Source: Nemertoderma westbladi (taxonomy: Eukaryota; Animalia; Xenacoelomorpha). Taken from it: a stretch of 48,485 nucleotides of DNA. This document shows, one piece after another, positions 1 through 11,932 of this stretch. Within the stretch, counting starts at the first letter, position 1, and the number at the start of each line of letters is the position of its first letter. The notes below the pieces were generated by a model. The model was not told where the DNA came from and did no database searches. It saw only the letters and a list, made by a program, of their open reading frames with translations. The stretch is taken from positions 1 through 48,485 of the forward strand of contig JAUCBJ010008966.1 of the NCBI GenBank assembly GCA_032718475.1, in the 5' to 3' direction. The position numbers and the translations under genes were made by a program.

Positions 1-883
1 TACTTACTTTATTACTGTTATTTGAGCAGTAATCCAACTGATATTGAGACCTGATGGTTATATGGTAGGCCTACTATTTATAAATCGTTAGATTTGATTT
101 ATAATTTATATATACCCGTTTTAATGGGTTTTGTCAATGTTTGAAATAAATGTTATTATTTCTGGGGAGTAATCACTACACAAAGCGGTGCGCTTTCAGT
201 GAAGTGTTACGTATAGGACACTAAAACAAATAATTATAATTTACCTAAGTTACTTAATACTACAAATTACGTACAATTCGGGTGCGATTACAATCTCTAA
301 ATAAACACAAAAATTTTACAAAAACACAAATACGAATTTTTAGGGTAATTTTACAAGAAGTCTACAAACCAGCCTAACAAAGGGTTAGAAAACTGATTAT
401 TACAGCGGACAGGGTACTACGGTATTTGAAATAATAAGTAGTAGTAAATACACTGCGTTGTCCAGATAGGAAAATACCACCGCCTGACGACCTATAGCCG
501 TATCGCTATAGGTTCTACGTTATGTATCACGGAGTGTTCCTACCTAGAAGTTAATAGAGCTAATCGAATGTGCCTATCAACCACTTTACAACACAAATAT
601 AATGCCTACAATAATTACTTCAGAAAGTACGGTACACTAAACCCTAAATTAGGTACGAGTACTTGTACAACAGATAATCAGTAATTAAATATACTTGAAC
701 AGCTAAAAGAACCACGGCATCTGCTGGAGTGACCGATGCACAAAATCACCAGTCTTTACCTACGCCGAGCAGCCCGTGTAGTACCGAGGTTAATTTAACT
801 ATAGCGGTATGTATAACAAACACAATTACTGTAGGAACAAACTTGGGGACTTGAATGTTGCGAATAATCGCATAAACTCTGAA

Positions 884-1456
884 TAATAAATATTACGCTA
901 CGCGTACAAACTACTCAAACAAAATACAGACCGAACACTGACAGACTACTATCAAGCCTAAACAAACTACGGTATATGCAGACTCCGAAATGATTAGGGA
1001 GTATGCGCTCTAACCCAGTAGTGCGACTTATTCTTTAGTCGGGGGTTTACCTTACAGCGTTCGCTGCCCCTACTGCCTAATCGTACTTAATCGGACAGAT
1101 GATCTACACACGCGGCAATCCGTTCAGACTTAATAACAGCCAGACAACTATCCAGCCTACAAATTATCTAAATAAAATTATACGCTACCCGTACAGACTT
1201 ACACAAACAAAGTACAGACTAAACGATGGCAGACTACTCTCAAGCCTAAATAAATTACAGGACATGCAGACTCCGAAATGATTAGGGAGTATGCGCTCTA
1301 ACCCAGTAGTGCGACTTATTCTTTAGTTGGGGGTTTACCTTACAGCGTTGCTGCCCCTACTTCCTAACCGTACTTAATCGGACAAGTGCTCTACACACAC
1401 TGCAATTCGTTCGGACTTAACAGCAATCAGACAACAGCTCAGCCTACAAATTGTCT
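884..1456. repeat. Tandem duplication, two copies of a ~288-bp unit
   Basis: The segment 'atgcagactccgaaatgattagggagtatgcgctctaacccagtagtgcgacttattctttag' occurs at ~976 and ~1264. The flanks also align at an offset of ~288. Confidence 0.9.
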
Positions 1457-3809
1457 GTACAATCTGATCAGGTTTACACGCCTTCTGTTCAATACTGGCC
1501 TACAAATAAATAAAACTGACAGAAATAGGCCTAAGTAAAATCCCAATAAAAACCAGGCGTCCCCGATTAATTATTAAGACCTACCGGCATATATAATCAA
1601 ATCGAATAATACTGCTGTACTTATACGGAAGTAGGTACCGGTCCGGATGATCAGGCAGTCAGGCCTACTGGTTACCGGTCGACCGGTACTTTCGACTTTA
1701 TTGCTTACTGCAATAAAGAAGCTATATCCTTTAATGTTCGCGCTTTCAGACCTTTGGCAGTTTAACCCACCAAATTAAGATGTCTTCTAGATATTAAATC
1801 TGTTTTTAGTCTATGATAAGTATTTGATTCACTACACTAGTCGAAACCAATCCGTGCGCGACCATTCACCCGCTGGATATTCCCGGGAGATTGGGTTCGA
1901 CGGTTTAATTTTTATTGCTATGTAAGCCTAATGTATTATTCGACTGACAGTATTATATAATCTCTGACAATATTATTCACCTTCGGGAATATTAACAGTT
2001 CCTTTAGGACGTGGCGCTTTATCTATATAAACAGAGTTATGACTTAAACTACTCACAACGATATGGCTTAATTATAATTCACATATATGGCGCATTCTTT
2101 AGGAATTGCTTCTTTAACAGACTCACTCATACACAATGCTGCACAATACTGCATACTAATCTGCCAATCTTCACTGATTTTAGTCACATATAAAAGGAAC
2201 ACAGGCTGACTCATGTAGGGTCTATCAAATAACATTAGATTCACTTCAAACCACTTTAACATAAGTCACAATCGTTATTGGTAACCTTTCTCTCTTACCT
2301 TCGGTATATCAAGAATATTGGGTTGCGGGGTTATTTATCGTTATTCCAAATATAATAATTCATCAACCATATTATGAAGAACTGACAGTAAATAGCAGTA
2401 TAAAACAACAACTGAACACTGATTGTTACGAGTTTGCAATGTTTCAGCAGTCAGGATGTATGATCAGTTAGCAGTAGTCTTTAGGTATGTTAAAGGATAT
2501 ATGCCCTTTATAATTAAACCTACTAGTGTAAGACCAAAAACAGTAAGGCACAAAATACTTCCAAGCCGTTCTTTCTTAGGCTCAGGACTGAATGTAAACA
2601 CTGCACATAGGCATTGCGTCATTTCTCGGAAATTTTCTGTACAAGGAGCCACAAAAACGCTCTCATTGGCTGACTGAACTGAGAGACGCCGTAGAACAAA
2701 GGAAATCAACACGTATGAATGTCAGCTGTTAACCGTAGTCATAGTAACTACTGTTCAAGAGTAGCTATCACCCCTTTGCGTCACGAATTGCCATAGAATC
2801 ATAAAATATGCCTTTCACAGTACACATACGGAGGAAATAGGTCTTAGATCCTCTAAAAACACCGATACAGCAATAATACGGTCTCTTACACTTATTAAAT
2901 CAACTACAGAGTATTTTAATGTAAAAGATAATAAAAATAACGGGGCAATTCAGCAAAGGCTTTTACAATATCCTAACTAATAAATTGAGTTCAGCTTCGC
3001 AGTTAAACAACCGATAATTTTTTACTGCTTCCACAAACACACTGGTGCCAACAGAACAACTAACCTTGTTTGCTGTGAGATTCCACGTCCGCGTCCAAAG
3101 ATTCAGGCCCTTCGCTGATTGCAAACCGAACCCGCAGACCCACACGAACCCCAAACTCAGAAGTTCCGTCTTGCCATGTATCTCCAGATGGTATAAAATA
3201 ACTAAGCGGTTACCTAACATACCGGTACAAACTCTAGAATTTTACAAAATAATTTTGACCGAAACTGAATTCTCGCAAACCTAGCTAAAATTTTCAAAAA
3301 ACTTACTAATTACAATTTGCCCTAAGGCCTAAGGAACTGCTGTATTCGCAATTAGCAAAAACGCACTACCGTACATCCACTGTATGCAGTACAGTAAGTA
3401 AAACAGTACACCAACCTAACAGCCTAATGATACTGTATGTGGTACGGCAAACAAATGTCCTTCTACCGTCCGCAGTAACAACAATCAGCCTAATGTACTA
3501 CTGTACTATAGTACTCAGCCAGTGAATACAGTAATCTAAACTAACAGCCTAAAAGAATATACTCAATGTCTTACTGTACGCTAGCCTATAGCCTACAGCA
3601 GACGATCACGTGCTCTAATTTATTGCTTAATACTGTGATACAACTAACAGCCTAAGAATACTCTATTGACCGCTGCAAGCAACAGCCAATAAAACACGTA
3701 TCACTGATAAACAACCACGACCTCTATACTAACAGCAGAACTGTTGAACAGACCAATACCCGTTAATATCCTTCTGCCAACCTAATAAGTTCTCGCCTAA
3801 CCAATAAGA

Positions 3810-4070
3810 CACAAAGACTGCTCTACTGTTAAGTAAAGGGGATCAGGAGCGTGATATTACTAAATTGTAAGGGTTGCTAAATACAAAACCGCTACTTACC
3901 GTTAGATGGCGCTAATCTGCCGTCCGCTAATATATTTTACTAATTTTACACAGCTCCTGCAAAATCGCTTGTTCCTTTCTCTACCGATTGCTCAATAGAG
4001 AGCTAACTGTTCGAATCTATGAGCCACGCGGGAATAACCAAAACAATAAACCCGAGTCGGCTCCCTAAGC
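3810..4070 (+). repeat. Interspersed repeat segment with a diverged inverted copy at ~33598-33880
   Basis: 'agctaactgttcgaatctatgagccacgcgggaataaccaaaaca' here matches the reverse complement of 'tgttttggttattcccgcgtggcttatagattcgaacagttagct' at ~33625-33670. Confidence 0.85.
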
Positions 4071-5377
4071 TTACTTAAGACGAGTGCGAGAGGCCTTGCA
4101 CTCAGAGTATTCTTACGCCTAATTCTATCACTATTAAAACACGCTATTACCTACGTCTTTTCTAATCGCGAATACTGGGGGTTCTCTAACGTAATGTGTG
4201 AATGCGAGAATATTTAAATATCAAAATGGTACAGTATTTGTCTCTCGTGGATAGTACCGCTCTGGGTCTAAACTTGCCTGCAGCTGGCTTTAGGCCAGCA
4301 AATTACTAGCGTTTCGTGCGTACCGAATAGTGCGATCTAGCTGATTGCCCGCTAATGCAAATAACCGCTCAGCGTGAATAGTTTACAGTACTCTAATTAT
4401 TACCTTAGCTACTCTCCGCTATGCTGCGTACTAATTCTTAATTTTTACTAATTAATTACAGTCACAAATATTTAACAGCGTACTAATTACTAAGAGTTCC
4501 AGAATACGTAATTCTAATTTATCACGCAACAGGTTTCGCTAGTAATAGCCTAAATTGCCGTATTACTTTGACCTAATCAGTAACTAATTGTTGTAACTAA
4601 GAAATAGAAATCAATCAAAGAGAAAAAGAGCGCCTACCTAAACATTCACAATCATAGGCACACTTCAATAACACACCAATCAGCGTCAGCAATCACAGTT
4701 CGCTATTATGCAGTTAACTACTGTATAGCCCACAATTATGCGACTCACTATTCGTACTCCACACTCAACATTGTGATACGTGCAGGCCTCTCCCGGGTAC
4801 ATATAGGACTCCTAACTAACCTGATTCCTGCCCCCCTAATACTAAATAGAGACGAAACCTGGATCATCAGCCCCCTAATTACTGTACCAGCGATTGGTCT
4901 GCATACCACAGCGTAAACTTCCCGACCGCAACGGTGACCCCCCGCCAGCGTTGCTCGCTTTTGAATCCTCCGCTCTCCCTTCGTCGCTAACCCCCCGATG
5001 TGCCCACCGCCCACTGGCGCCTTAGCCCTCCATTACGCTAATAGCTACCGTAGCGGCGCATGCAAATCACAAAGTCTGACAGTCTCAGAAATCCCTTAGG
5101 ATTATTGCGCAGAAAGGAATCACATAGAACCATTAATCAAAAGGTAGAAATCATAGTTCCAGTTGTAATTAGCAGTAATCGAAGGAATTAATTGAGAAAC
5201 ACAATCAAGAGTAATCGCACTAGCAAATCATTTCAAGAAACTAATCAAAATTGGCAAATTGCAGAAAATACGCTAAATTATCCGTCAAAAATGAATAGAG
5301 ACAGCTCAGCAAGTACAACAGCAGTGCAGGTCATGTGAGGGACAGATTGAATCGATTGATAGGCTCTACCGGCACAC

Positions 5378-5555
5378 CGCCAATTTATAGGTGATCCGGA
5401 TGGGGTGATGCAATAGGGTGACTCAATCGCTCTCCTATTGGCTCTCCAGTCCGCGCTAGCATTAGACCAACCTGGAAGCAGTTAGTCCAATAAGGAGGCC
5501 GGATTGTAGCCCTATTGCCTGCCCAAACCTCAAATTATTACCATATATGGTAATG
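5378..5555 (-). promoter_or_regulatory. Possible Pol II promoter/enhancer motif cluster
   Basis: Minus-strand TATAAA (~5384-5389), CCAAT/ATTGG boxes (~5437, ~5488), AP-1 TGACTCA (~5419) and a CArG box CCATATATGG (5541-5550). The evidence is motifs only. Confidence 0.3.
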
Positions 5556-5811
5556 GTTCACGTCCCTGGCTGCTGAATGGCCAGGACAGCGTCCCTATAT
5601 GCTAGCCCTATCGATGCTAATATCAGCAAGCACAAAATCCAGGGTCCGAATAAACTTGCTACCCTGGAACTATCTACATATCCTAATACAAAATTACGTA
5701 GGTAGGGCTACATACTATACAAAATGGATGGATTCAAATATATGGGTGTTTCGATTTCCCTTTCTAAATACCACTGCGTTATTATGCCTTATCTAAAATA
5801 TTATGCTGCAC

Positions 5812-5900
5812 AACGGACTAATATTACGTACAGTATAACGGACTAATATTGCATACTGCATAACGACTAATATTACATACTGCATAATGACTAATATATG
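5812..5900. repeat. Minisatellite, ~3.5 copies of a ~25-bp unit
   Basis: Repeated 'gactaatatt(a/g)c(a/g)tac(t/a)g(c/t)ataa'. Confidence 0.8.
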
Positions 5901-6126
5901 TGGATACAGCGCCATATACTGTAACATAGGTACTAACCCTAAATAGTCCATCCCTAAGTAGTAATATTTCCATTCAGCCATTATAATTTCGCTATAATTT
6001 CGGACTGTCGGACACTATTGTCACGCGAATGTAACAATCCGGATATAGTTGTGTAGGATATACCGGTAGCTGACTACTGGACTAGACCTAACGCCCTAGT
6101 CAGCTAGTGTTGGAAATTGGCTGAGA

Positions 6127-7837
6127 ATGCCATACCCAGTACGGCAACGAAAACCACCCCATTCTTATTCAGATGAGTGGATTCAGATGAAGACATAGAC
6201 GAAGATGGTAGTGAGGCTGACACAGCTGGCAGTATCGACGACAGTGTTAGTGGTACCGGTAGTAGCGATGATGACGATGACTGCTTTATGCTCCCTGAAT
6301 CCAATGTTTGGAAATCGATTGATCCAGACCAGGATCCATTTCAGCCTCACTGTTTCAATTCAACATCTGGCTGGCGGGGTGTGGATACAACAAATTTTGA
6401 AATTGGAAATTATGTTGATCTTTTCTTGACTGATAATTTAATTTACATAATTGTAAAGTGCACCAATCAAAGAATCCACCAAGCGAACAAAGCAGCATTG
6501 AATTTAGCTACTACGTCCGGGAAGAAAGTTATACCTGTCAAAGATATCGCAGCTTCTGAAATGCGACAATTTTTGGGAATTACATTTTTGATGGGTGTAA
6601 TAAGAAAATGTACTTTACATGATTACTGGCAGACTGGTCCACTAGGGAGAGTATCGCTACTCTGCATTTCGGGAAACTAATGTCACGAAATCGATATATT
6701 GAAATCCTTCGTTATCTAAGATTTTCGGACTTAGATAAATTGGACCCGGATATCAGAATGACGCGTCTGCAGGATTTCATTGACGAATTGCATCTAATTG
6801 TAAAAGTTTATACTGCTGGGGAGGAACTTTCGCTTGATGAATCATTACTGTTGCATAAGGGGCGGTTACTATTCAAACAGTACATAAAGACAAAAGCAGC
6901 GTGATTTGGAATAAAACTATTTATTCTCACTGATCACCTTGGATATATGTTATCTACTATTATATACTTTGGAGCACAATCTAAAATAAATAGAGGTGAG
7001 GATGGTGCTTCTCACCTTAGCAAATCTGAGCAGGTTGTTGTTTCGTTGTTGAAGGAAGCTGGCTACCTAGATAAAGGATACACGGTATCAATTGATAACT
7101 GGTACAATTCTGTTCGGCTTGCCATGTACCTCTACGAACGGAATACTGGAATTAGAGGAACTATACGATGTGACCGTGGTATTCCGCTGGATCTAAAGAA
7201 TAATGAGTTGACTCCAATAAACTCGGTATTTTCCCGTAATAATGATGGTAATGGTCCGGTACTTGCCATAAAATTCTGCGACAAAAGAGTCATTTACTTT
7301 ATTACAACCTCCGATAAAGCCGACCTTGTAGATAAGACCCGCTACCTATCCGCAGGACCAACTCAAGACTATAAGAAACCGCAACCTATTGATAAATACA
7401 ACTATAACATGGGTGGAATAGATTCTTCGGATTCAATGATTTCTTCGTGTACATCTGTCCGCAAATGTCAGAAATGGTTTGTCAAACTAGGAATCCATTA
7501 TATTCAGCGCCTTGTATTGAATAGTTATATCCGCTACCGGGCTGAAAAGAAACCGAAACATCTAACATTCAGTATGTACCTCTTGGATGCTATCGATTAC
7601 CTAACACAAGTACCAACACGAGCCGTCCCACACAAGCGTCAATCTTTGGCAGCCGTGCCAACCACTCACAAGTTGGTCAAACTGGAACCATCTGGAAAGG
7701 TACTGTCCCCGCAGAAGCGTTGCCGTGTGTGTTGGAAAAATCGTACTTACAAAAGATCGTGCTATATTTGCCCAGCTTGTCCTGATAAGCCTGGACTTTG
7801 TCCAACCTGCTTTGGAGAATATTCTCACTCAAATTGA
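6127..7837 (+). pseudogene. piggyBac-family (PGBD4-like) transposase, disrupted
   Basis: Acidic N-terminus, DYW...MSRNRY, all three catalytic aspartate motifs (LSLDES, IDNWYNS, MGGIDSSD) and a C-terminal Cys-rich domain CRVC...CPAC...LCPTCF. There are frameshifts near 6175 and ~6645 and an in-frame TGA at 6902-6904 (KAA*FGIKLF). Confidence 0.93.
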
Positions 7838-7862
7838 TTATAGATTGGTAAATTGGTAACAT

Positions 7863-9183
7863 TTCTTGAGACGCATCTTAAAGGACACTGGCCTTGAAGA
7901 TGCGGATGATCTAGCAAATGTTATGGGTGATAGTGAGTTGTGGTGGCGCAATTTTGTCGATAAGCCGGCACAGCATTCTTAAAAATGCAGCTGCAATGCA
8001 GCATACTGATCCGATACTTATCTATCTAACTTTCTACTGTCCGCACTTACATTGTACCTTACTTAATACCATACATATCTATCTAACTTTCTATTGTCCG
8101 CACTTACATTGTACTGTACATAATACCATACTTATCTGTCTAACTTTCTACTGTCTGCACTTACATTGTACTGTACTTAATACCATACATATCTATCTAA
8201 CTTTCTACTATTTGCACTTACATACCGCACCTTACGCGACATGTATTTTAACTAACACTCACCAATCTGTTTCTAAATATTGTACTTTATGTTACTTTAA
8301 GGTCCAATTATTTAGAGCAGCAGTAGTTCCAGTACTCCTCTATGGGAGTCCATTCTGGGCTCTATCTGCTGAGGAAACCAAATCTCTGGATGGCACTTTC
8401 TCAATAATGCTATGCCGGGTTCATTGTGTCAAGTACAATGCACACATCTCCAACCAGACACTATATAACATTGGAGGTGTCTCATTGGTTCCCCCAAGCT
8501 TGACACTAGAACAAAATCGCCTCCGCTTTGCAGGACATTGCTTTCGCCGTGAGGACCAGCCAGTGCTTAACCTTGTACTTTGGCAGCCTCATGGAGTGAA
8601 TAAGCATGGTGGACAGCCCATGACTTTCTTGAGACGCATCTTAAAGGACACAGGCCTTGAAGATGCGGATGATCTAGCAAATGTTATGGGTGATAGTGAG
8701 TTGTGGTGGCGCAATTTTGTCAATAAGCCGGCACAGCATTCTTAAAAATGCAGCTGCAATGCAGCATGCCGATCCTAGTTACTTATCTATCTAAATTTCT
8801 ACTGTCCGCACTTACATTGTACCTTACTTAATACCATACATATCTATCTAACTTTCCATTGTCCGCACTTACATTGTACTGTACATAATACCATACTTAT
8901 CTATCTAACTTTCTACTGTCCGCACTTACATTGTACTGTACTTAATACCATACATATCTATCTAACTTTCTACTATTTGCACTTACATACCGCACCGCAC
9001 CTTACGTGACATGTATTTTAACTAACACTCACCAATGACTTTCTTGAGACGCATCTTAAAGGACACTGGCCTTGAAGATGCGGATGATCTAGCAAATGTT
9101 ATGGGTGATATGAGTTGTGGCGGTGCAATTTTGGCGACAAGCCGGCACAGCATTCTTAAAAATGCAGCCGCAATGCAGCATGC
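7863..9183 (+). repeat. Three copies of the LINE 3' end (~140 bp at 7863, 8626, 9041); the first two are followed by a 57-bp minisatellite
   Basis: 'ttcttgagacgcatcttaaaggacac...gcaatgcagcat' occurs three times. The unit 'atctatctaactttctactgtccgcacttacattgtactgtacttaataccatac' occurs ~3.6 times at 8020-8225 and again at ~8785-8990. Confidence 0.9.
8299..8745 (+). mobile_element. 5'-truncated non-LTR retrotransposon (RTE-like) ORF2 C-terminus
   Basis: FRAAVVPVLLYGSPFWAL...RLRFAGHCFRR...LVLWQP..G....GG.P is the typical post-RT C-terminal region of RTE-type LINEs. Confidence 0.8.
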
Positions 9184-9184
9184 C

Positions 9185-11309
9185 AATGTTAGTAGTTGTA
9201 GTAATAGACTAACACTAACTCTCATACATAATGCACATTAGATGTTTATGTATCTGCCTACTTTCCTTTCTACTGCCTACTTACCAGCTCTCCCGTCTCT
9301 CCCGATGCACACAGTGACACCCATGGCACTGACTCTTTGCTCTGCTCCAAATCCAACTGCTCCAATATCCACCGCTCCAATCCCAACTCCCCTCACCGTT
9401 CCAACCCTAATTTATCTCATTGCCTCGACCCCCATACTCTCCATCTCAATCCTCCACGCCGAGGTCTCTGTCTCAACCACCAGTCTCACCAACATCCCAA
9501 TGTCCTGCTGGTGCACCATATGCACTGGTCGCAGCAGCCGACCTCTATCCACATTCCACACCATATGTAGTGTCGGTTGTAGTAACCGACCTTTATCCAC
9601 ATTCCTCACCATATGTGGTTTCGGTTTGTTTTAACTGACCTTTATCCACCTCCTTGTAAGACGCCGAGCAGATTGGCTTCACTATCGGACCCGAATTTAC
9701 AAGAGTGGACCAGTTTGCTTCTCTGTGTGGCATCCATATGATGGACCATCCCCCGGTCGATGCTGTTTCACCATCCACTGGATGATACACATTCCCGAGA
9801 TCCCGGTTGTAGTCGCTGGTTGCAGAGCGATCAACTTCTCGGCCGAAACCAATGCACCGGGCCTCCAACTTGTCCCCCTCCGATATTTCCGTCATATTCA
9901 TAATTAACATACATCCATATGGTAAAAATGCATCTCCTCCCGCACTGTGCTGACCGGTCCACTTAACGTCCATCCAAATGGTGTTAATATCGCTACTGGA
10001 TCACCAGAATTTTCCTCCCCGAACACCATTTTCATCCTATTGTGAACAGTTGGACAGTCCATTCCAACTATTAATTATACTTTCAGTACATTGAGATATG
10101 ATATCCTGAAGTCTATTCCCTTAAGATCAATATATTGTTGTTCGTTTCTACACTAGTTGGTCTCCTGGCATTAATGTTGAGGGTTTCTATGATTCGTATA
10201 GGATCACAGGTTTGCGAGAACTCCCATCCTGGCATGACAGACTCTATTGTGCACTGTCCTATCCTCATCTGAACAACTTCATCCTTGTTAGTTATGGTTG
10301 TCACCACCACATCTCTCGGTCTCGTTACTAGTCCTATCTTGTTTGCTATTGAAAGTTCTGTGAGTGTGAACACAGCCCCGCCACCTATTAACATTAGCAT
10401 CATCACAGATTTATCATTCTCATCACTGATCCTCACGGGCACTACCCAGAGTAACACCATTATTATGTTCTCTTTCTTCTCACATCGCTGTCCCCATATT
10501 ATTAGTTTGTCCATCCCGACTGCCAGGTTCACCAAAGGTACATGCATATTCTCTATGTCCCCTTTTAACGCAGTTGTGACATAGTATCTGCTGATTTGTG
10601 TATACTTTTCTCTTGGCCGCGAGTATGCTTTTTCATTCATTACTGTTTGCTGTATCGTGGTTTTCTTCACTGTGTCTCTGGCATGTATATCGTCGGTCGT
10701 ATGGAACATTTAATCTTCCTTCCTTCAATTCCCTTTCTCAAGCTCATTGCTGAAAGTTTACACTATGGCTTCCTCCCTGGTCTTCCGGTCTACTTCCACT
10801 CCATGCTTGGTACCCTGTGTACCCCTCTGGTTCCTCTTCTGAAATGTTCTACCTCTGTCTATGGAAATGCCATGGAATAAGCTGCTGTCTCAAGGTTTAG
10901 CGGTGAGGCCCTTGCTTCTTGTGCCTCACTCGTGTCACCAACTTCAGGCCTACAGCCTACTGTTCTGATCCCTATTACTTGATCTATACTGTTTTCATGT
11001 TCAATACAATTTTTGCAAGTTACATTTCCTATTGGGGTGCTCGCGTACCATCGCCGGTCGTTGACGTCTGCACTGTTTATTCTAACAGCCAGTCGACTCG
11101 ACCTCTTTGCTTTCTTGCACGACTCCTCTATCCGCTACAACTTCTTTGGAATCCGTTCGATCAGCATTCCATCGATCGACTTAATCCCAAATCCTCCGAT
11201 CCTCTCCATGATCCTGCTCCCATCCATACACTGGGACTCTATAATCGGGTTGCCCCTCCGCTCCCACACACGATTACTCGTGTTCCCTTCCTCGAACCAT
11301 CCATTGACT
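9185..11309 (-). mobile_element. Old degenerate BEL/Pao element, 3' part (gag/protease remnants, large internal deletions)
   Basis: ORF 10113-10709(-) aligns with the protease region of the young element (VVPVR...LML.xxGA.FTL...NINARRPT). The 9960-10080 region reads IVGMDCP...DPVAILTPFGWTLSGP. The left boundary is uncertain. Confidence 0.8.
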
Positions 11310-11314
11310 CGTCT

Positions 11315-11860
11315 TGTTAGCTTATTCAATCCCGCTAACACCCCATAAAGTTAAGCCGATAAGCAATATTGGGAGCCACGAGATTGGGTAATTAACCAAC
11401 TCGTGCCACCCCAATAAGAATGGGAAGGAAACACACAATGAGGGTCAGGGGCCAAACCCCTAACCCAGAGAGAACAGGTGGAGTGAACGGGAACACTCCA
11501 AAGGGCGCCAACAAGGGTACCAACCAATCAGAGGGGGGAAAGGCATCGATTAGGTAGAGTAACAAGGCCAACCGTGCAATATAGCCACTTGGCAGTAATC
11601 ATATCATTTCAGTTATATCAGTGCAATATTGGTGCTAGTTTAGGTCAGATAGTTTAGCTAGGGAAGGACCGGGACTTTAGTTACCGTATCCCGCCTTCCG
11701 TATACAACAACCATATTATCTCATATCTATACCTATATCTATATCTGTATACCCAAATATTATATACGACGAACAGCACAAACTCATTTACTCTTTATAC
11801 ACGGCGGGGACGCGTGAACTAACACCGGATAAACCGGGATCCCTCTTGGATCCCATCACA
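11315..11860 (+). repeat. 5' LTR (546 bp)
   Basis: tgttagc...tcaca. By eye it differs from the 3' LTR by about 4 substitutions and 1 indel. Confidence 0.97.
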
Positions 11861-11932
11861 GTAACTAAATCAGAGCTGCCGCCCTAGCTAACTAAACTCA
11901 GCAACCACCAGCCACCAATCTGCAGAAGAGAG

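Noticed and set aside
7918-8745. 275-aa ORF as a real gene
   Set aside because: It is a chimera of translated 57-bp minisatellite and a LINE C-terminal fragment.
9593-9870. Possible homologue of the zinc-knuckle ORF in the old element
   Set aside because: Only weak similarity (PATTTGIS vs EPTTGIS) and no knuckles are recoverable.
10583-10601. 19-bp exact match (gtatctgctgatttgtgta) to ~25117-25135 in the putative old LTR
   Set aside because: It is too short and isolated to interpret, with no flanking homology seen.
11869-11876. ATCAGAGC resembling the plant tRNA-iMet PBS (TGGTATCAGAGC)
   Set aside because: It lacks the TGG, is offset 8 nt from the LTR, and the animal iMet PBS differs. It is absent in the old relative.
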